Positions 28,987-39,651 of a DNA stretch of 64,000 nucleotides are shown piece after piece (within the stretch, counting starts at the first letter, position 1; every line of letters starts with the position of its first letter). The position numbers and the translations under genes are program-made. The stretch is from assembly GCA_965228855.1 (NCBI GenBank), contig CBDDIJ010000002.1, positions 1 to 64,000 on the forward strand. The letters run 5' to 3'. A model generated the notes under the pieces. The model saw only the letters and a list, made by a program, of their open reading frames with translations, did no database searches and had not been told where the DNA came from. The DNA comes from Candidatus Obscuribacterales bacterium. GTDB taxonomy: Bacteria; Cyanobacteriota; Vampirovibrionia; Obscuribacterales; Obscuribacteraceae.

Positions 28987-31398
28987 ATGGACGCGACCCA
29001 CGCACCTGTCACCCTGCTGCGCGCTGCCCGGCCGGAGGTGGCGCGCGACCGTCTGGTCGAGGCCGTGCTTTCCTGCATCGAACCGCTGATCATCGTCGAA
29101 GCCGCCGCGGGAACCGGAAAGTCGACGCTGCTGCGCCAGGTGGCGCGGCGTGCCGGGGCGCCGCTGCATGTCGGCGCCGAAGCGCCGCCGCTGCCCGACC
29201 GGCGGATGCCGGTGCTGTGGGATATCCCGCCCGGCTCGGAACCGGCCGCGCTGCCGGAAGCCTACATCCATGGCGGCGGCAGGATCATCATCGCCAAGCG
29301 GCGCGAGACGCTGGTGCCTGGCCTGTCGCGGGCCCAGCTCTACGGGCGGTCGCGGCTGTTCCGCACCAGCGACCTGATGCTGGGCAAGGAAGAACTGGCG
29401 CGCCATGCCGGCGCGACGGCGGCCGAGCGCATCCTGCGCGGCACCGGCGGCTGGGCGCTGCTGCTCGGGCTCAACGAGGGCCGGCCGATCGGCGAAGATG
29501 CGCTGCGCGGCTTCCTGGCGGACGAATTGCTGCGCGCCCTGCCGAGCGCCGAACTCGTCGGCCTCAAGGCCCTGCTCGACGGCGAGGCTGCGGTTTCCGA
29601 CAGCGAGGAGATGATGCCGTTCGTGCGCCGCGATGGCGGCGGACAGCTGGCCTTCACCGCGGAAGCGGTGCGCGCGCCGCTGACCGCGGCGATCGCCACC
29701 GAGCTGCGCGACAGACTGACCGTGCCGGCCGACGCCAAGGAGATCGCCGAGGCGTTCTTCGCCCGCGGCAACGTGGTCGAGGCGATCGAAACCTACCAGG
29801 CCGCCGGTTTTCACGAACTGGCGCTGCGGACCTTCACGGCGGCGCATGGCCGGTTCTTCATCTACTACCACGGTCCCGAGGCGTTCGACCGGGTGCTGTC
29901 GGGATTCCCGAGCGGCTTCGCGGCACAGAGCGAGATCATCGTGATGAGCCTCGCCATGCAGTCGTGCAAACGCGGCGATGTGGCGCTGGCGCGGCGGCTG
30001 CTCTCGGACCGGTTCGGCGACGCCGCCAACGATCCGGCCGAGGTGTTCTCGCCACGTTCGGTGTTCTCGCGCGACTTCCGGGCATTCCGGCTGGTGATGC
30101 TGATCTACGAGGACGTGTTCTTCTCCGACGCGCTGCTGGAAGACATCTTCGCGCTGCTGCCGGAATATCCGGCCGATGCGCACCTCCTGCGCGGCAGCTT
30201 CTACAATTCGGTGCTCGAATATTACATGCGCAGCCGCCGCTTCGCCGAGGCGGAGGATGTCGCGGCGCGGGCGCATTTCCACTACGAAAAGGCGAAGTCG
30301 CCGATCCTGTCGTTCTACATCAGCCTGCACCAGGCGATCATGCGGCTGATCATGGGGGACGCGGTGACGGCGCGGCGGCACGCCGTCAAGGCGGCGCAGC
30401 ATTTCGCCAGCGTGTCCTTCGACAGCCCCAACGACCAGCGCCTGCTCGATCTCCTCAATGCCTGCATCGAATATGAGGGCGGCAAGGCCGAGCCGCTGGC
30501 GCGCTTCCTCAGCCTCGAGCTCGACGAGTTCTCGCATGGCGAGATCTGGCCGAGCCTGATCGAGTTCGCGCTGCAATATGGCAGCCAGGCGCTGTCGGAG
30601 CATTTCTCGACCATCGCGGCGCGCAGCTTCCTCGACCGCTGGCGCATCTACCAGATCCGCAACCGCCAGTTCCGCAACATGATCGAGATCCGCGAGGCTG
30701 CGGTGCTGCAGAACGGCAATCGCTGGCAGGAAGCGGCGGAACGGCTGGCGACGGTGCAGTCGCGCATCGGCAAGGCCTGGGTCATGGCTCAGACCGACGA
30801 GCTGACGCGCCTGCACGACCGCGACGAGCTTGCCCTGTCGATCATCTGGCTGCGCCACCTGGTGTACGAGACGCCGACGCGGCCCGGCCTCGACGAGCAA
30901 CTCGCGGCGATGCGCAACAACCTGCACGTTACGGAACGCCAGCAGATCGGCATCGATATCTGGCAGGCCCATGTCCACAAGCGCCAGCGCAACCTCTCGA
31001 AAGCCCGCTCGGTGCTGCAGAAGACGTTCGAGAACGTCGCCCGGCTCGGCGCGGTCGGCGCGCTGGCGGAGGAACGGTTCTTCCTCGCCGACATGATAGA
31101 CAACCGCCGGATCAGCGAATTCCTGGACACTTCAGCGGCGGCCCGCCAGATCCTGAAGAAACTGCGCGATACCGGACTGACCGCAAAGGGAGCGATCACC
31201 GCCGCCGGGCTGTCGCGGCGCGAGACGAAGATCCTGCTGATGATCGCCGAGGGCGGCTCCAACAAGTTCATCGCCAACGCGCTCGGGCTGAGCGAAGCGA
31301 CGGTCAAGTTCCACCTCGGCAACGTCTACCGCAAGCTCGGCTGCCGCAAACGCCGCGAGGCCATCGCCGCCGCGCGGGCCCTGGCGCTGGTGAACTGA
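28987..31398 (+). CDS. MalT-like large LuxR-family transcriptional regulator
   Basis: N-terminal AAAGTGKS P-loop; C-terminal LSRRETKILLMIAEGGSNKFIANALGLSEATVKFHLGNVYRKLG HTH. Confidence 0.9.
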   Translation: MDATHAPVTLLRAARPEVARDRLVEAVLSCIEPLIIVEAAAGTGKSTLLRQVARRAGAPLHVGAEAPPLPDRRMPVLWDIPPGSEPAALPEAYIHGGGRIIIAKRRETLVPGLSRAQLYGRSRLFRTSDLMLGKEELARHAGATAAERILRGTGGWALLLGLNEGRPIGEDALRGFLADELLRALPSAELVGLKALLDGEAAVSDSEEMMPFVRRDGGGQLAFTAEAVRAPLTAAIATELRDRLTVPADAKEIAEAFFARGNVVEAIETYQAAGFHELALRTFTAAHGRFFIYYHGPEAFDRVLSGFPSGFAAQSEIIVMSLAMQSCKRGDVALARRLLSDRFGDAANDPAEVFSPRSVFSRDFRAFRLVMLIYEDVFFSDALLEDIFALLPEYPADAHLLRGSFYNSVLEYYMRSRRFAEAEDVAARAHFHYEKAKSPILSFYISLHQAIMRLIMGDAVTARRHAVKAAQHFASVSFDSPNDQRLLDLLNACIEYEGGKAEPLARFLSLELDEFSHGEIWPSLIEFALQYGSQALSEHFSTIAARSFLDRWRIYQIRNRQFRNMIEIREAAVLQNGNRWQEAAERLATVQSRIGKAWVMAQTDELTRLHDRDELALSIIWLRHLVYETPTRPGLDEQLAAMRNNLHVTERQQIGIDIWQAHVHKRQRNLSKARSVLQKTFENVARLGAVGALAEERFFLADMIDNRRISEFLDTSAAARQILKKLRDTGLTAKGAITAAGLSRRETKILLMIAEGGSNKFIANALGLSEATVKFHLGNVYRKLGCRKRREAIAAARALALVN

Positions 31399-31428
31399 TC
31401 GCTTGGCAGGCTGATTTCATCCCCGTCC

Positions 31429-31480
31429 AAACCTGTCCGAACCGTGGTAAAACCTAGCCTATTTTATCAAAAACCTATCC
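31429..31480 (+). promoter_or_regulatory. Three phased direct repeats (21-bp period)
   Basis: AAACCTGTCC 31429, AAACCTAGCC 31450, AAACCTATCC 31471. Confidence 0.6.
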
Positions 31481-31667
31481 CTTTGACGTCTTGTGAGAGA
31501 CCTTCCGCTGCGCGAAGCTGATCGTCGAGCCAGCGGGAAAGGGAACACCGCGGCGCATCGGAAATGACGGTGAATAGACACTACCGGCCCGCGTCGCCGC
31601 GCGCCGGACGGCTGTTGTGCGTCCGCACGCCGGCATCCGGAAGAGCTTCGAGCGACAGGGAGTTACA

Positions 31668-33230
31668 ATGAAAACACGTCTTTGGGCCTCAACCGCAGCA
31701 GCGGCACTCGCAGCATCGATCGCGAGTGCCGCGCCCGCTTTCGCCGACACCGTGGTGACCATGAACACGGTGCAGATCTTCGGCACGATCGATCCCGCCA
31801 AGATATCCGACTACACCGACTACATGGCCGGCGTGAACCTCTATGACGGTCTCGTCAGCGTCGACGGCAAGGGCAACCTGATTCCCGAGCTCGCCGAGAG
31901 CTGGGAAGTCTCCGCCGATGCCAAGGAAGTCGTCTTCAAGCTGCGCGCCGACGCCAGGTTCAGCGACGGCTCGCCGGTCGAAGCCAGCGACGTGGTCTAT
32001 TCGGTCGAGCGCTTGCTGCGGATCAACCAGGGCCCCGCCAACCTCTTCGCCGACGTGCTGGCGCCCGGCGCTGTCGCGGCGGTCGATGCCAAGACGGTGA
32101 AGTTCACGCTGTCGAAGACGTTCGCGCCGTTCCTGGCGACCGTGCCGGCGGTGTTCATCCTCAACGAGGAAGTGGTGAAGGCCAACGAAGGTTCGGACGA
32201 CGGCCAGACCTACCTCGCGACCAACGTGGCCGGCGCCGGCGCCTACACGCTGAAGAGCTGGGACCGCGGCGCGCAGATGACCATCGTGCGCAACAAGGAC
32301 TACTACAAGGGCTTCGGCGAAGGCCCGATCGACGAGGTGCGCTGGATCGTCACCAATGACGAAGCCACGGTGCGCTCGCTCGCCGCTTCCGGCGAACTGA
32401 CGATGACCAGCCAGTACCAGTCGCCGGAGACGTACAAGGCGCTGCTCGACATGGGCCGCTTCAATCTGGCCAAGGAAGAGACCTCGACTGCGTTCTACCT
32501 GAAGCTCAACACCAAGGTCGCGCCGACCGACGACATCCACATCCGGCGCGCCATCGCGCTGGCGACCGACTACCAGACGATCCGCGACGTGATCTTCCCG
32601 GGCGGCGTGCTGTCGACGCCGCTGCCCAAGGCATTCGCCGACTTCCACGCCGACGACGTGCCGGAGCCGAAGTTCGACATGGAAGCCGCCAAGGCGGAGG
32701 TCGCGCAATCGAAATATGCCGGCGCGCCGATCCCGATCACGCTGGGCTACGTCGCCGGCACCAAGTTCGAGGAAGAGATCAGCCTGCTGATGCAGGCCAA
32801 CCTCGAACAGCTGGGCTTCGTCATCACCCAGCAGGCCGACCCGTGGAACCGCATCACCGAGCTGACCACCAAGGTGGAGACCACGCCGGCGGTGAACCAG
32901 ATCTTCTTCGGCCCGACCTACCCGTCGCCGGATTCGATGTTCTTCACCCAGTATCACTCGAAGGCCGCAGGCACCTGGTCCTCGGCGGAATGGCTGCAGA
33001 ATCCCGAGATCGACGCGATGATCGACGAGGCGCGTGGCACCGGCGACGCCGCCAAGCAGGCCGAGATCTACAAGAACCTGCAGCGCAAGCTGGTCGAGCT
33101 GCAGCCGGACGTGTTCCTGCTCACCCAGACCGTGCAGCATGCGATGGACAAGTGCCTGACCGGCTTCGCGGCGGTGCCAATGCAGTCGTTCGACTACGAC
33201 TTCGTCCGCTACAGCTGGACCTGCAAATAA
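31668..33230 (+). CDS. Peptide/nickel ABC transporter substrate-binding protein (family 5)
   Basis: Signal peptide, LYDGLV, PELAESW, FKLRADARFSDG, DVVYS. Confidence 0.93.
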   Translation: MKTRLWASTAAAALAASIASAAPAFADTVVTMNTVQIFGTIDPAKISDYTDYMAGVNLYDGLVSVDGKGNLIPELAESWEVSADAKEVVFKLRADARFSDGSPVEASDVVYSVERLLRINQGPANLFADVLAPGAVAAVDAKTVKFTLSKTFAPFLATVPAVFILNEEVVKANEGSDDGQTYLATNVAGAGAYTLKSWDRGAQMTIVRNKDYYKGFGEGPIDEVRWIVTNDEATVRSLAASGELTMTSQYQSPETYKALLDMGRFNLAKEETSTAFYLKLNTKVAPTDDIHIRRAIALATDYQTIRDVIFPGGVLSTPLPKAFADFHADDVPEPKFDMEAAKAEVAQSKYAGAPIPITLGYVAGTKFEEEISLLMQANLEQLGFVITQQADPWNRITELTTKVETTPAVNQIFFGPTYPSPDSMFFTQYHSKAAGTWSSAEWLQNPEIDAMIDEARGTGDAAKQAEIYKNLQRKLVELQPDVFLLTQTVQHAMDKCLTGFAAVPMQSFDYDFVRYSWTCK

Positions 33231-33355
33231 CCACGCGACCGCGGCGGCGCATGACCTGCGCCGCCCGTTCGGAGACCCTGGCGCGGCGGCGCATACCGTC
33301 CTGCGGACGATCGCTGCCGCGCTAACCCACCCAAACCTGACGACGGGACAGGCCC

Positions 33356-34378
33356 TTGGAATTCCTGCTCTTCCTCCTGAGGCGCGTGCTGTGGTCGCTG
33401 CTGGTCCTGTTCGGGCTGTCGGTGGTGATCTTCGGCATCGCGCGCGGCATACCCGGCGATCCGGCGCGGCTGGCGCTCGGCCCGCGGGCAAGCCCCGAGC
33501 AGGTCGAGCAGTTGCAGGAGAAACTCGGGCTCAACCGGCCGATCATCGAACAATACGGCCTGTTCATCGCTGGCCTTGCACGCGGCGACCTCGGCCGCTC
33601 GCTGCTGACCGAGCGGCCGGTGAACGACGACATCCGCGACACCTTCGCGGCGACGTTCGAGCTGGTGCTGTCGACGATCACCATCGCCTTCCTGATCGGC
33701 GTGCCGCTCGGCGTCGCCGCGGCGCGGTGGAAGGACCGCTGGCCCGACAATCTGGTGCGGCTGATCGCCATCTTCTCGGCGGTGACGCCAAGCTTCTTCC
33801 TGGCGCTGCTGCTGCAGATCCTCGCCGGATACGTGCTGCACATCCTGCCGACCACCGGGCGGCTGCCGCCGAGCATGGTGTTCACCGCCGACATCACCGG
33901 CCTGCTGACGATCGACTCGCTGCTCCGGGCGCGCTTCGACGTGTTCGTGGAATCGCTGCGCTACCTGCTGCTGCCGTCGCTGGCGCTGGCCGCCGCGACG
34001 CTCGGCCAGATCGCCCGCATCACCCGCTCGTCGATGATCGACGTGTCGAGCCAGGATTACATCGAGGCAAGCCGCGCCTTCGGCGTGCCGGAGCCGGTGC
34101 GGCTGTTCAAATACATGCTGCGGCCGAGCTTCGTGCCACCGCTCACCATTCTCGGCCTCGAATTCGCGTCGCTGATCGGCAACGCCTTCGTCGTCGAGCT
34201 GGTGTTCGCCTGGCCCGGCATGGCTGCCTACGGCATCCGCACCATCCTGCAGAAGGACCTCAACGCGGTGATGGGCGTGGTCATGGTGTCCGGCGTGTTC
34301 TTCGTGATGGTGAACCTCGTCATCGACGTTCTGGTCGGCTTCGTCGACCCGCGCGTGCGCATCCGGGGGAGCCGCTGA
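33356..34378 (+). CDS. ABC transporter permease (DppB-like)
   Basis: IPGDPA, GLNRP, GDLGRS, ATFEL, VELVFAWPG. Confidence 0.93.
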   Translation: MEFLLFLLRRVLWSLLVLFGLSVVIFGIARGIPGDPARLALGPRASPEQVEQLQEKLGLNRPIIEQYGLFIAGLARGDLGRSLLTERPVNDDIRDTFAATFELVLSTITIAFLIGVPLGVAAARWKDRWPDNLVRLIAIFSAVTPSFFLALLLQILAGYVLHILPTTGRLPPSMVFTADITGLLTIDSLLRARFDVFVESLRYLLLPSLALAAATLGQIARITRSSMIDVSSQDYIEASRAFGVPEPVRLFKYMLRPSFVPPLTILGLEFASLIGNAFVVELVFAWPGMAAYGIRTILQKDLNAVMGVVMVSGVFFVMVNLVIDVLVGFVDPRVRIRGSR

Positions 34379-35262
34379 TGGTCGACATCGCTCCCGAAGC
34401 CGAACCGCGCCGGCTCTCCAACGCTTACCAGAACTGGTACCGCTTCTCGCGCAACCCGACGGCCGTCATCGGCGCGGCGATCGTCATCATCTGCGTGCTG
34501 GCGGCGATCTTCGCGCCGCTGATCACCCCCTACCCCGAACATGTCGGCGCGGTGGTGAATTTCCGCGCCCGCCACCTGCCGCCCTCGGCGGAATACTGGT
34601 TCGGCACCGACAATGTCGGGCGCGACATCTTCACCCGCGTGGTGTTCGGCATGCGCGTGTCGCTGCTGCTGGCGCTGGTGGTGCTCGGAACCGCCATCCC
34701 GGTCGGCACCATCCTCGGGCTGCTGGCCGGCTACTATGGCGGCTGGGTCGAGATCGTCATCATGCGCATCACCGACATCGCGCTCGCCATCCCGCCGCTG
34801 GTGATGGCGCTGGCGGTCGCGGCGGTGCTGTCGCCCGACCTGATCAACTCGATGATGGCGATCGCGGCGCTGTGGTGGACCTGGCACACACGGCTGATCT
34901 ACTCGATCACCCGGCAATTGCGCGGCCAGGAATTCGTCGAGGCGGCCGAGACGCTCGGCGCCTCGAAGTTCCACATCCTGTTCCGCGAGATCCTGCCGAA
35001 CTGCGTCTCGGCGCTGGCGGTGAAGACCTCGCTCGACTGCGGCTTCGTCATCCTCGTCGGCGCCTCGCTGTCGTTCCTCGGCCTCGGTATCCAGCCGCCG
35101 ACACCCGACCTCGGCACCATGGTGTCTTCGGGTTCGGCGTTCCTGCCCGACTACTGGTGGGAATCGGTGCTGCCCGGCTGCGCCATACTGTTCGTCGCGC
35201 TCGGCTTCAACCTGCTCGGCGACGGGCTGCGCGACCTCTTCGACGTGCAGGAGGTCCGGTGA
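34378..35262 (+). CDS. ABC transporter permease (DppC-like)
   Basis: FGTDNVGRDIF, EFVEAA, ILPN, LSFLGLG, FNLLGDGLRD. Confidence 0.93.
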   Translation: MVDIAPEAEPRRLSNAYQNWYRFSRNPTAVIGAAIVIICVLAAIFAPLITPYPEHVGAVVNFRARHLPPSAEYWFGTDNVGRDIFTRVVFGMRVSLLLALVVLGTAIPVGTILGLLAGYYGGWVEIVIMRITDIALAIPPLVMALAVAAVLSPDLINSMMAIAALWWTWHTRLIYSITRQLRGQEFVEAAETLGASKFHILFREILPNCVSALAVKTSLDCGFVILVGASLSFLGLGIQPPTPDLGTMVSSGSAFLPDYWWESVLPGCAILFVALGFNLLGDGLRDLFDVQEVR

Positions 35263-36104
35263 GCCAGGCCCTGCTCAGCGTCCGCGACCTGTCGGTCGAG
35301 TTCACCACCTACGGGCGCACCAACCCGGTGCTGAAGCAGGTGTCGCTCGACGTGCCGGCGCATTCGCAGATCGCGCTGGTCGGTGAAAGCGGCTCCGGCA
35401 AGACGGTGACCATGAAGGCGATCATGGGACTGCTGCGGCAGCCGCCGGCAGCGATCACCGGCGGCCAGATCTTCTACGACGGCCGCGACCTTCTGACGAT
35501 GCCGGCGGCCGAGCGCATGAAGCTGCGCGGCACGGCGATGTCGATGGTGTTCCAGGACCCGATGAGCTCGCTCAACCCGGTGTTCACCATCGGCGACCAA
35601 CTGGGCACCATCCTGAAATACGCCGACCGCCGGCTCGGCCGCAGCCGCGGCCGCCGCGAACGCATGGCGCGCGTGTACGAGGTGCTGGCGCAGGTGCGGA
35701 TGCGCGAGCCGGAGCGGGTCTCGGCCTCCTATCCGATCATGCTGTCCGGTGGCATGCGGCAGCGCGTGCTGATCGCCATGGCGCTGCTCAGCGAACCCAA
35801 GCTGCTGATCGCCGACGAGCCCGGCACGGCGCTCGACGTGACGACGCAGGCGCAGATCCTCAAGCTGCTGAAGGACCTGGTCGAAGCGCGCGGGCTGGCG
35901 CTGCTGATGATCACCCACAATCTCGGCGTGGTGCGCGAGACCTCGAGCTACGTCTACGTGATGAACAAGGGCACGGTGGTCGAGCACCGGCCGACGGCCG
36001 AGCTGTTCGCGGCGCCGCGCGAGGACTACACCAAGGCGCTGATCGCCGCCGTGCCGCGGCTGACCGGCGGCATGCGGTTCGGCTCGGCGGAGGCGGCGTC
36101 ATGA
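35259..36104 (+). CDS. ABC transporter ATP-binding protein (DppD-like)
   Basis: GESGSGKT, FQDPMSSLNP, LSGGMRQR, IADEP. Confidence 0.93.
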   Translation: MSQALLSVRDLSVEFTTYGRTNPVLKQVSLDVPAHSQIALVGESGSGKTVTMKAIMGLLRQPPAAITGGQIFYDGRDLLTMPAAERMKLRGTAMSMVFQDPMSSLNPVFTIGDQLGTILKYADRRLGRSRGRRERMARVYEVLAQVRMREPERVSASYPIMLSGGMRQRVLIAMALLSEPKLLIADEPGTALDVTTQAQILKLLKDLVEARGLALLMITHNLGVVRETSSYVYVMNKGTVVEHRPTAELFAAPREDYTKALIAAVPRLTGGMRFGSAEAAS

Positions 36105-37006
36105 GCCGGCCGATGCTCGAAATAACCAATCTCGTGAAGACGTTCCCGGTGCGCAACGCGTTCGGACGCCAGAGCGGCGAGGTAAAGGCCGTCAATGACG
36201 TATCGTTCTCGATCGAGCGCGGCCATGTCTACGGGCTGGCCGGCGAGAGCGGCTCGGGCAAGTCGACCATCGCCCGGATGATCATGGGGCTGACGCTCCC
36301 GACCGCCGGCGAGATCCTGCTCGACGGCCAGAACATCGCCGGCGCGGTCGGCTCGCGCGAGCATGGCCGCAAGGTGCAGATGGTGTTCCAGAACCCCGGC
36401 TCCTCGCTCAACCCGCGGCGCACGGTCGGCCAGTCGATCACGGTGCCGCTGGCCGCCCACGGACATGCCCGGAACGACCGCCAGCGGCGCATCGGCGAAC
36501 TGCTGGAGATGGTGCAGCTGCCGGCCGATTTCGCGCAGCGTTTCCCGCACGAACTGTCGGGCGGCCAGAAGCAGCGGGTGGCGATCGCCAGGGCGCTGGC
36601 GGTTGCGCCGAAGCTGCTGGTGCTCGACGAGCCGACTTCAGCCCTCGACGTCTCGGTGCAGGCGCGGGTCATCGACCTGCTGGTCGATCTCGGCCGCCAG
36701 TTCGACCTCACTTTCCTGTTCATATCGCACGACCTCAGCCTGATGCGGAACTTCGCGCAGAAGGTCGGCGTGCTCTATCTCGGCGAGATCGTGGAAACCG
36801 GTCCGACGGCCGAAGTCTTCGAGCGGCCCCGACACGACTACACCAGGCTGCTTCTCGCATCCGTCCCGGTGGTCTCGGCGGAAGAAGAGGCGATGCGGCC
36901 CGTCATTCCGCTGATCGACGGTGAAATCCCGACGGCGGACAAGCTCATCGCCCTGCGCAAGGCAGGGAAACTCCAGCAAACGTCCCAAGAGGTTCAGACA
37001 AAATGA
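36101..37006 (+). CDS. ABC transporter ATP-binding protein (DppF-like)
   Basis: GESGSGKS, FPHELSGGQKQR, LDEPTSALD. Confidence 0.93.
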   Translation: MSRPMLEITNLVKTFPVRNAFGRQSGEVKAVNDVSFSIERGHVYGLAGESGSGKSTIARMIMGLTLPTAGEILLDGQNIAGAVGSREHGRKVQMVFQNPGSSLNPRRTVGQSITVPLAAHGHARNDRQRRIGELLEMVQLPADFAQRFPHELSGGQKQRVAIARALAVAPKLLVLDEPTSALDVSVQARVIDLLVDLGRQFDLTFLFISHDLSLMRNFAQKVGVLYLGEIVETGPTAEVFERPRHDYTRLLLASVPVVSAEEEAMRPVIPLIDGEIPTADKLIALRKAGKLQQTSQEVQTK

Positions 37007-38547
37007 TCAGGATAGGCATCGACGTGGGCGGCACAAACACCGACGCGGTGGTCATGGACGGCGCGAAGGTCATCGCCGGCGTGAAGTCAGCGACGACATC
37101 CGACGTGATGAGCGGCGTCGTCAACGCGCTGAAGGCCGTGCTGGAGGCGTCGAAGATGAAGGCGTCGAGCGTCGACGTGGTGATGGTCGGCACCACCCAC
37201 TTCACCAACGCCGTGGTGCAGCGGCGCGACCTGGCGCAGACCGCCGCGGTGCGGCTCGGCCTGCCGGCCACCGCCTCGCTGCCGCCGATGGTGGACTGGC
37301 CGGAAGACCTGAAGCTGTCGATCGGCAACCACGCCTATCTGGCGCATGGCGGCAACGAGTTCGACGGCCGGGTGATCTCGCCACTCGACGAGAAGGAACT
37401 GCTCGACATTGCCGCCGACATCAAGGCGAAGGGCATCAAAACGATCGCCATCACCTCGGTGTTCTCGCCGGTGAGCAACGAGTTCGAGAAGCAGGCCGGC
37501 GCGATCTTCGAGAAGGCGCTGCCCGGCGCGCATGTCACGCTGTCCAGCGAGATCGGCCGCATCGGCCTCCTGGAGCGCGAGAACGCGGCGATCATGAACG
37601 CCTGCCTGCGCGACCTCTCGGCGCATGTCATCGCGGCCTTCCGCAAGGCGATCAGCGAGGCCGGCATCAAGGGACGCTTCTACCTGACGCAGAACGACGG
37701 CACGCTGATGGACGCGGCATTCGCCGAAAAATTCCCGGTGCTGACCTTCGCCTCCGGCCCGACCAACTCGATGCGCGGCGCCGCCTTCCTGTCGGGCGTC
37801 TCGGACGCCATCGTCGTCGACATCGGCGGCACCACATCGGATGTCGGCTCGCTGCACAAGGGCTTCCCGCGCCAGGCGACGGTGGCCGTCGAGGTGGGCG
37901 GCGTGCGCACCAATTTCCGCATGCCGGACGTGTTTTCGATCGGGCTCGGCGGCGGCTCGCACGTGGTCGAGACGGACAAGGGCATCAAGGTCGGCCCGAC
38001 CTCGGTCGGCTACCGGCTGGTGACCGAGGCGCTGATCTTCGGCGGCTCGACGCTGACCACCTCCGATGTGATGGCGGCGGCCGGGCGCACCGATTTCGGC
38101 GACAGGGCCAAGGTCGCACATCTCGGCCAGGATTTCGTCAAGCGTACCCAGGCACGGATCATGGAGATGCTCGAGGATTGCGTCGAGCGGTCGCGGCTGT
38201 CGCCGGAACCGCTGCCGGTGATCGTCGTCGGCGGCGGCTCGATCCTCGTCGACGGACCGATCGGCGGGCTGGACGTGATCAAGCCGAACCACTTCGCCGT
38301 GGCCAACGCGGTCGGGGCGGCGATCGCACAGGTTTCGGGCGAGATCGACCGGGTTTACGCGCTGGCCGAGATGGGCCGCGACAATGCCCTGGCGGACGCC
38401 AAGCAGCGCGCCGTCGATGCGGCGGTGGCCGCGGGCGCATCGCGGGACTCGATCGAGATCGTCGATGTCGAGGACGTGCCGCTGGCCTACCTGCCCGGCA
38501 ATGCGACGCGCGTCCGCGTCAAGGCGGTGGGAGAGCTCCATGTCTAA
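37003..38547 (+). CDS. Hydantoinase/oxoprolinase family protein
   Basis: IGIDVGGTNTD, GTTHFTNA, SGPTNS, VDIGGTT, GLGGGS, ANAVGAA. Confidence 0.92.
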   Translation: MIRIGIDVGGTNTDAVVMDGAKVIAGVKSATTSDVMSGVVNALKAVLEASKMKASSVDVVMVGTTHFTNAVVQRRDLAQTAAVRLGLPATASLPPMVDWPEDLKLSIGNHAYLAHGGNEFDGRVISPLDEKELLDIAADIKAKGIKTIAITSVFSPVSNEFEKQAGAIFEKALPGAHVTLSSEIGRIGLLERENAAIMNACLRDLSAHVIAAFRKAISEAGIKGRFYLTQNDGTLMDAAFAEKFPVLTFASGPTNSMRGAAFLSGVSDAIVVDIGGTTSDVGSLHKGFPRQATVAVEVGGVRTNFRMPDVFSIGLGGGSHVVETDKGIKVGPTSVGYRLVTEALIFGGSTLTTSDVMAAAGRTDFGDRAKVAHLGQDFVKRTQARIMEMLEDCVERSRLSPEPLPVIVVGGGSILVDGPIGGLDVIKPNHFAVANAVGAAIAQVSGEIDRVYALAEMGRDNALADAKQRAVDAAVAAGASRDSIEIVDVEDVPLAYLPGNATRVRVKAVGELHV

Positions 38548-39640
38548 GGGCTACGTGCTCAAGGAAGCCGACCTGCTGCCGCTGTCGATCGGCGCGGCGC
38601 TGCTCGGCACCGGCGGCGGCGGCAATCCGTATGTCGGTATGCTGCGGACGCGCGAGCTGATGCGCAAGGGCGCCAGCGTGACGATCCTGCCGCTCGACGC
38701 GCTGCCCGACGACGCATGGATCAGCGAAGTCGGCGGCATCGGCGCGCCGGTCGTCGGCGTCGAGAAGATCGAGGAAGGCGGCGAATGCTACCGCGCCATG
38801 CGCGCGGTGGAGGAAGCGACCGGCGTCAGGATGTCGGCGATGATCTCGGCCGAGATCGGCGGTTCCAACTCGATGGAGCCGATCATCGCCGCGGCGATCG
38901 CCGGGCTGCCGGTGATCGACGGCGACGGCATGGGCCGCGCCTTTCCCGAAGTGCAGATGACGACGTTCTTCATCTACGGCGCCCAGGCCGCCCCCGCGGC
39001 GATCGCCGACGAAAAGGGCAACGTCGTGGTGTTCCAGAAGGTCATCGACATGTACTGGCTGGAGCGCTTCGCGCGGTCGACGGCGGTCGACATGGGCGCC
39101 GGCGCCGGCCTTGCCATCGCGCCGATGTCGATGGAGTTCGTGCGACGCACCGCGGTTCCCGGCACGGTGACTCTCGCGCTGGAGATCGGCCAGACCGTTC
39201 TCGATGCACGCGCCAAGCGGCAGAACGTGGTCGAGCGGGTGATCCGCAAGGCCAACGGCAAGCTGTTCTTCACCGGCAAGATCATCGACATCCGCCGCGA
39301 ACTGACCGGCGGGTTCGCCCGCGGCCACGCCATCGTGTCGGGCATCGATGACTGGACCGGGTCGGAAGCACGCATCGCCATCCAGAACGAGAACCTGGTG
39401 CTGTGGATCGACGGCCAGCCGGCGATCATGGTGCCCGACCTGATCATGAACCTCGAGCTCGACACCGGCGAGCCGATCACCACCGAGATGCTGCGCTACG
39501 GCCAGCGCGTCGCCATCATCGGGCTGCCGGCGCACGACCTCCTGAAGACGCCCAAGGCGCTGGAAGTCGTCGGACCGAAGGCATTCGGCTACCCCGAGCT
39601 CACCTTCGAACCGCTATCCGTGAAACCGCTCGCCGCTTGA
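38540..39640 (+). CDS. DUF917 family protein
   Basis: GAALLGTGGGGNPY, EIGGSN, DGDGMGRAFPEVQM, IQNENL, VPDLI. Confidence 0.9.
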   Translation: MSKGYVLKEADLLPLSIGAALLGTGGGGNPYVGMLRTRELMRKGASVTILPLDALPDDAWISEVGGIGAPVVGVEKIEEGGECYRAMRAVEEATGVRMSAMISAEIGGSNSMEPIIAAAIAGLPVIDGDGMGRAFPEVQMTTFFIYGAQAAPAAIADEKGNVVVFQKVIDMYWLERFARSTAVDMGAGAGLAIAPMSMEFVRRTAVPGTVTLALEIGQTVLDARAKRQNVVERVIRKANGKLFFTGKIIDIRRELTGGFARGHAIVSGIDDWTGSEARIAIQNENLVLWIDGQPAIMVPDLIMNLELDTGEPITTEMLRYGQRVAIIGLPAHDLLKTPKALEVVGPKAFGYPELTFEPLSVKPLAA

Positions 39641-39651
39641 GAGAGGCTGCC

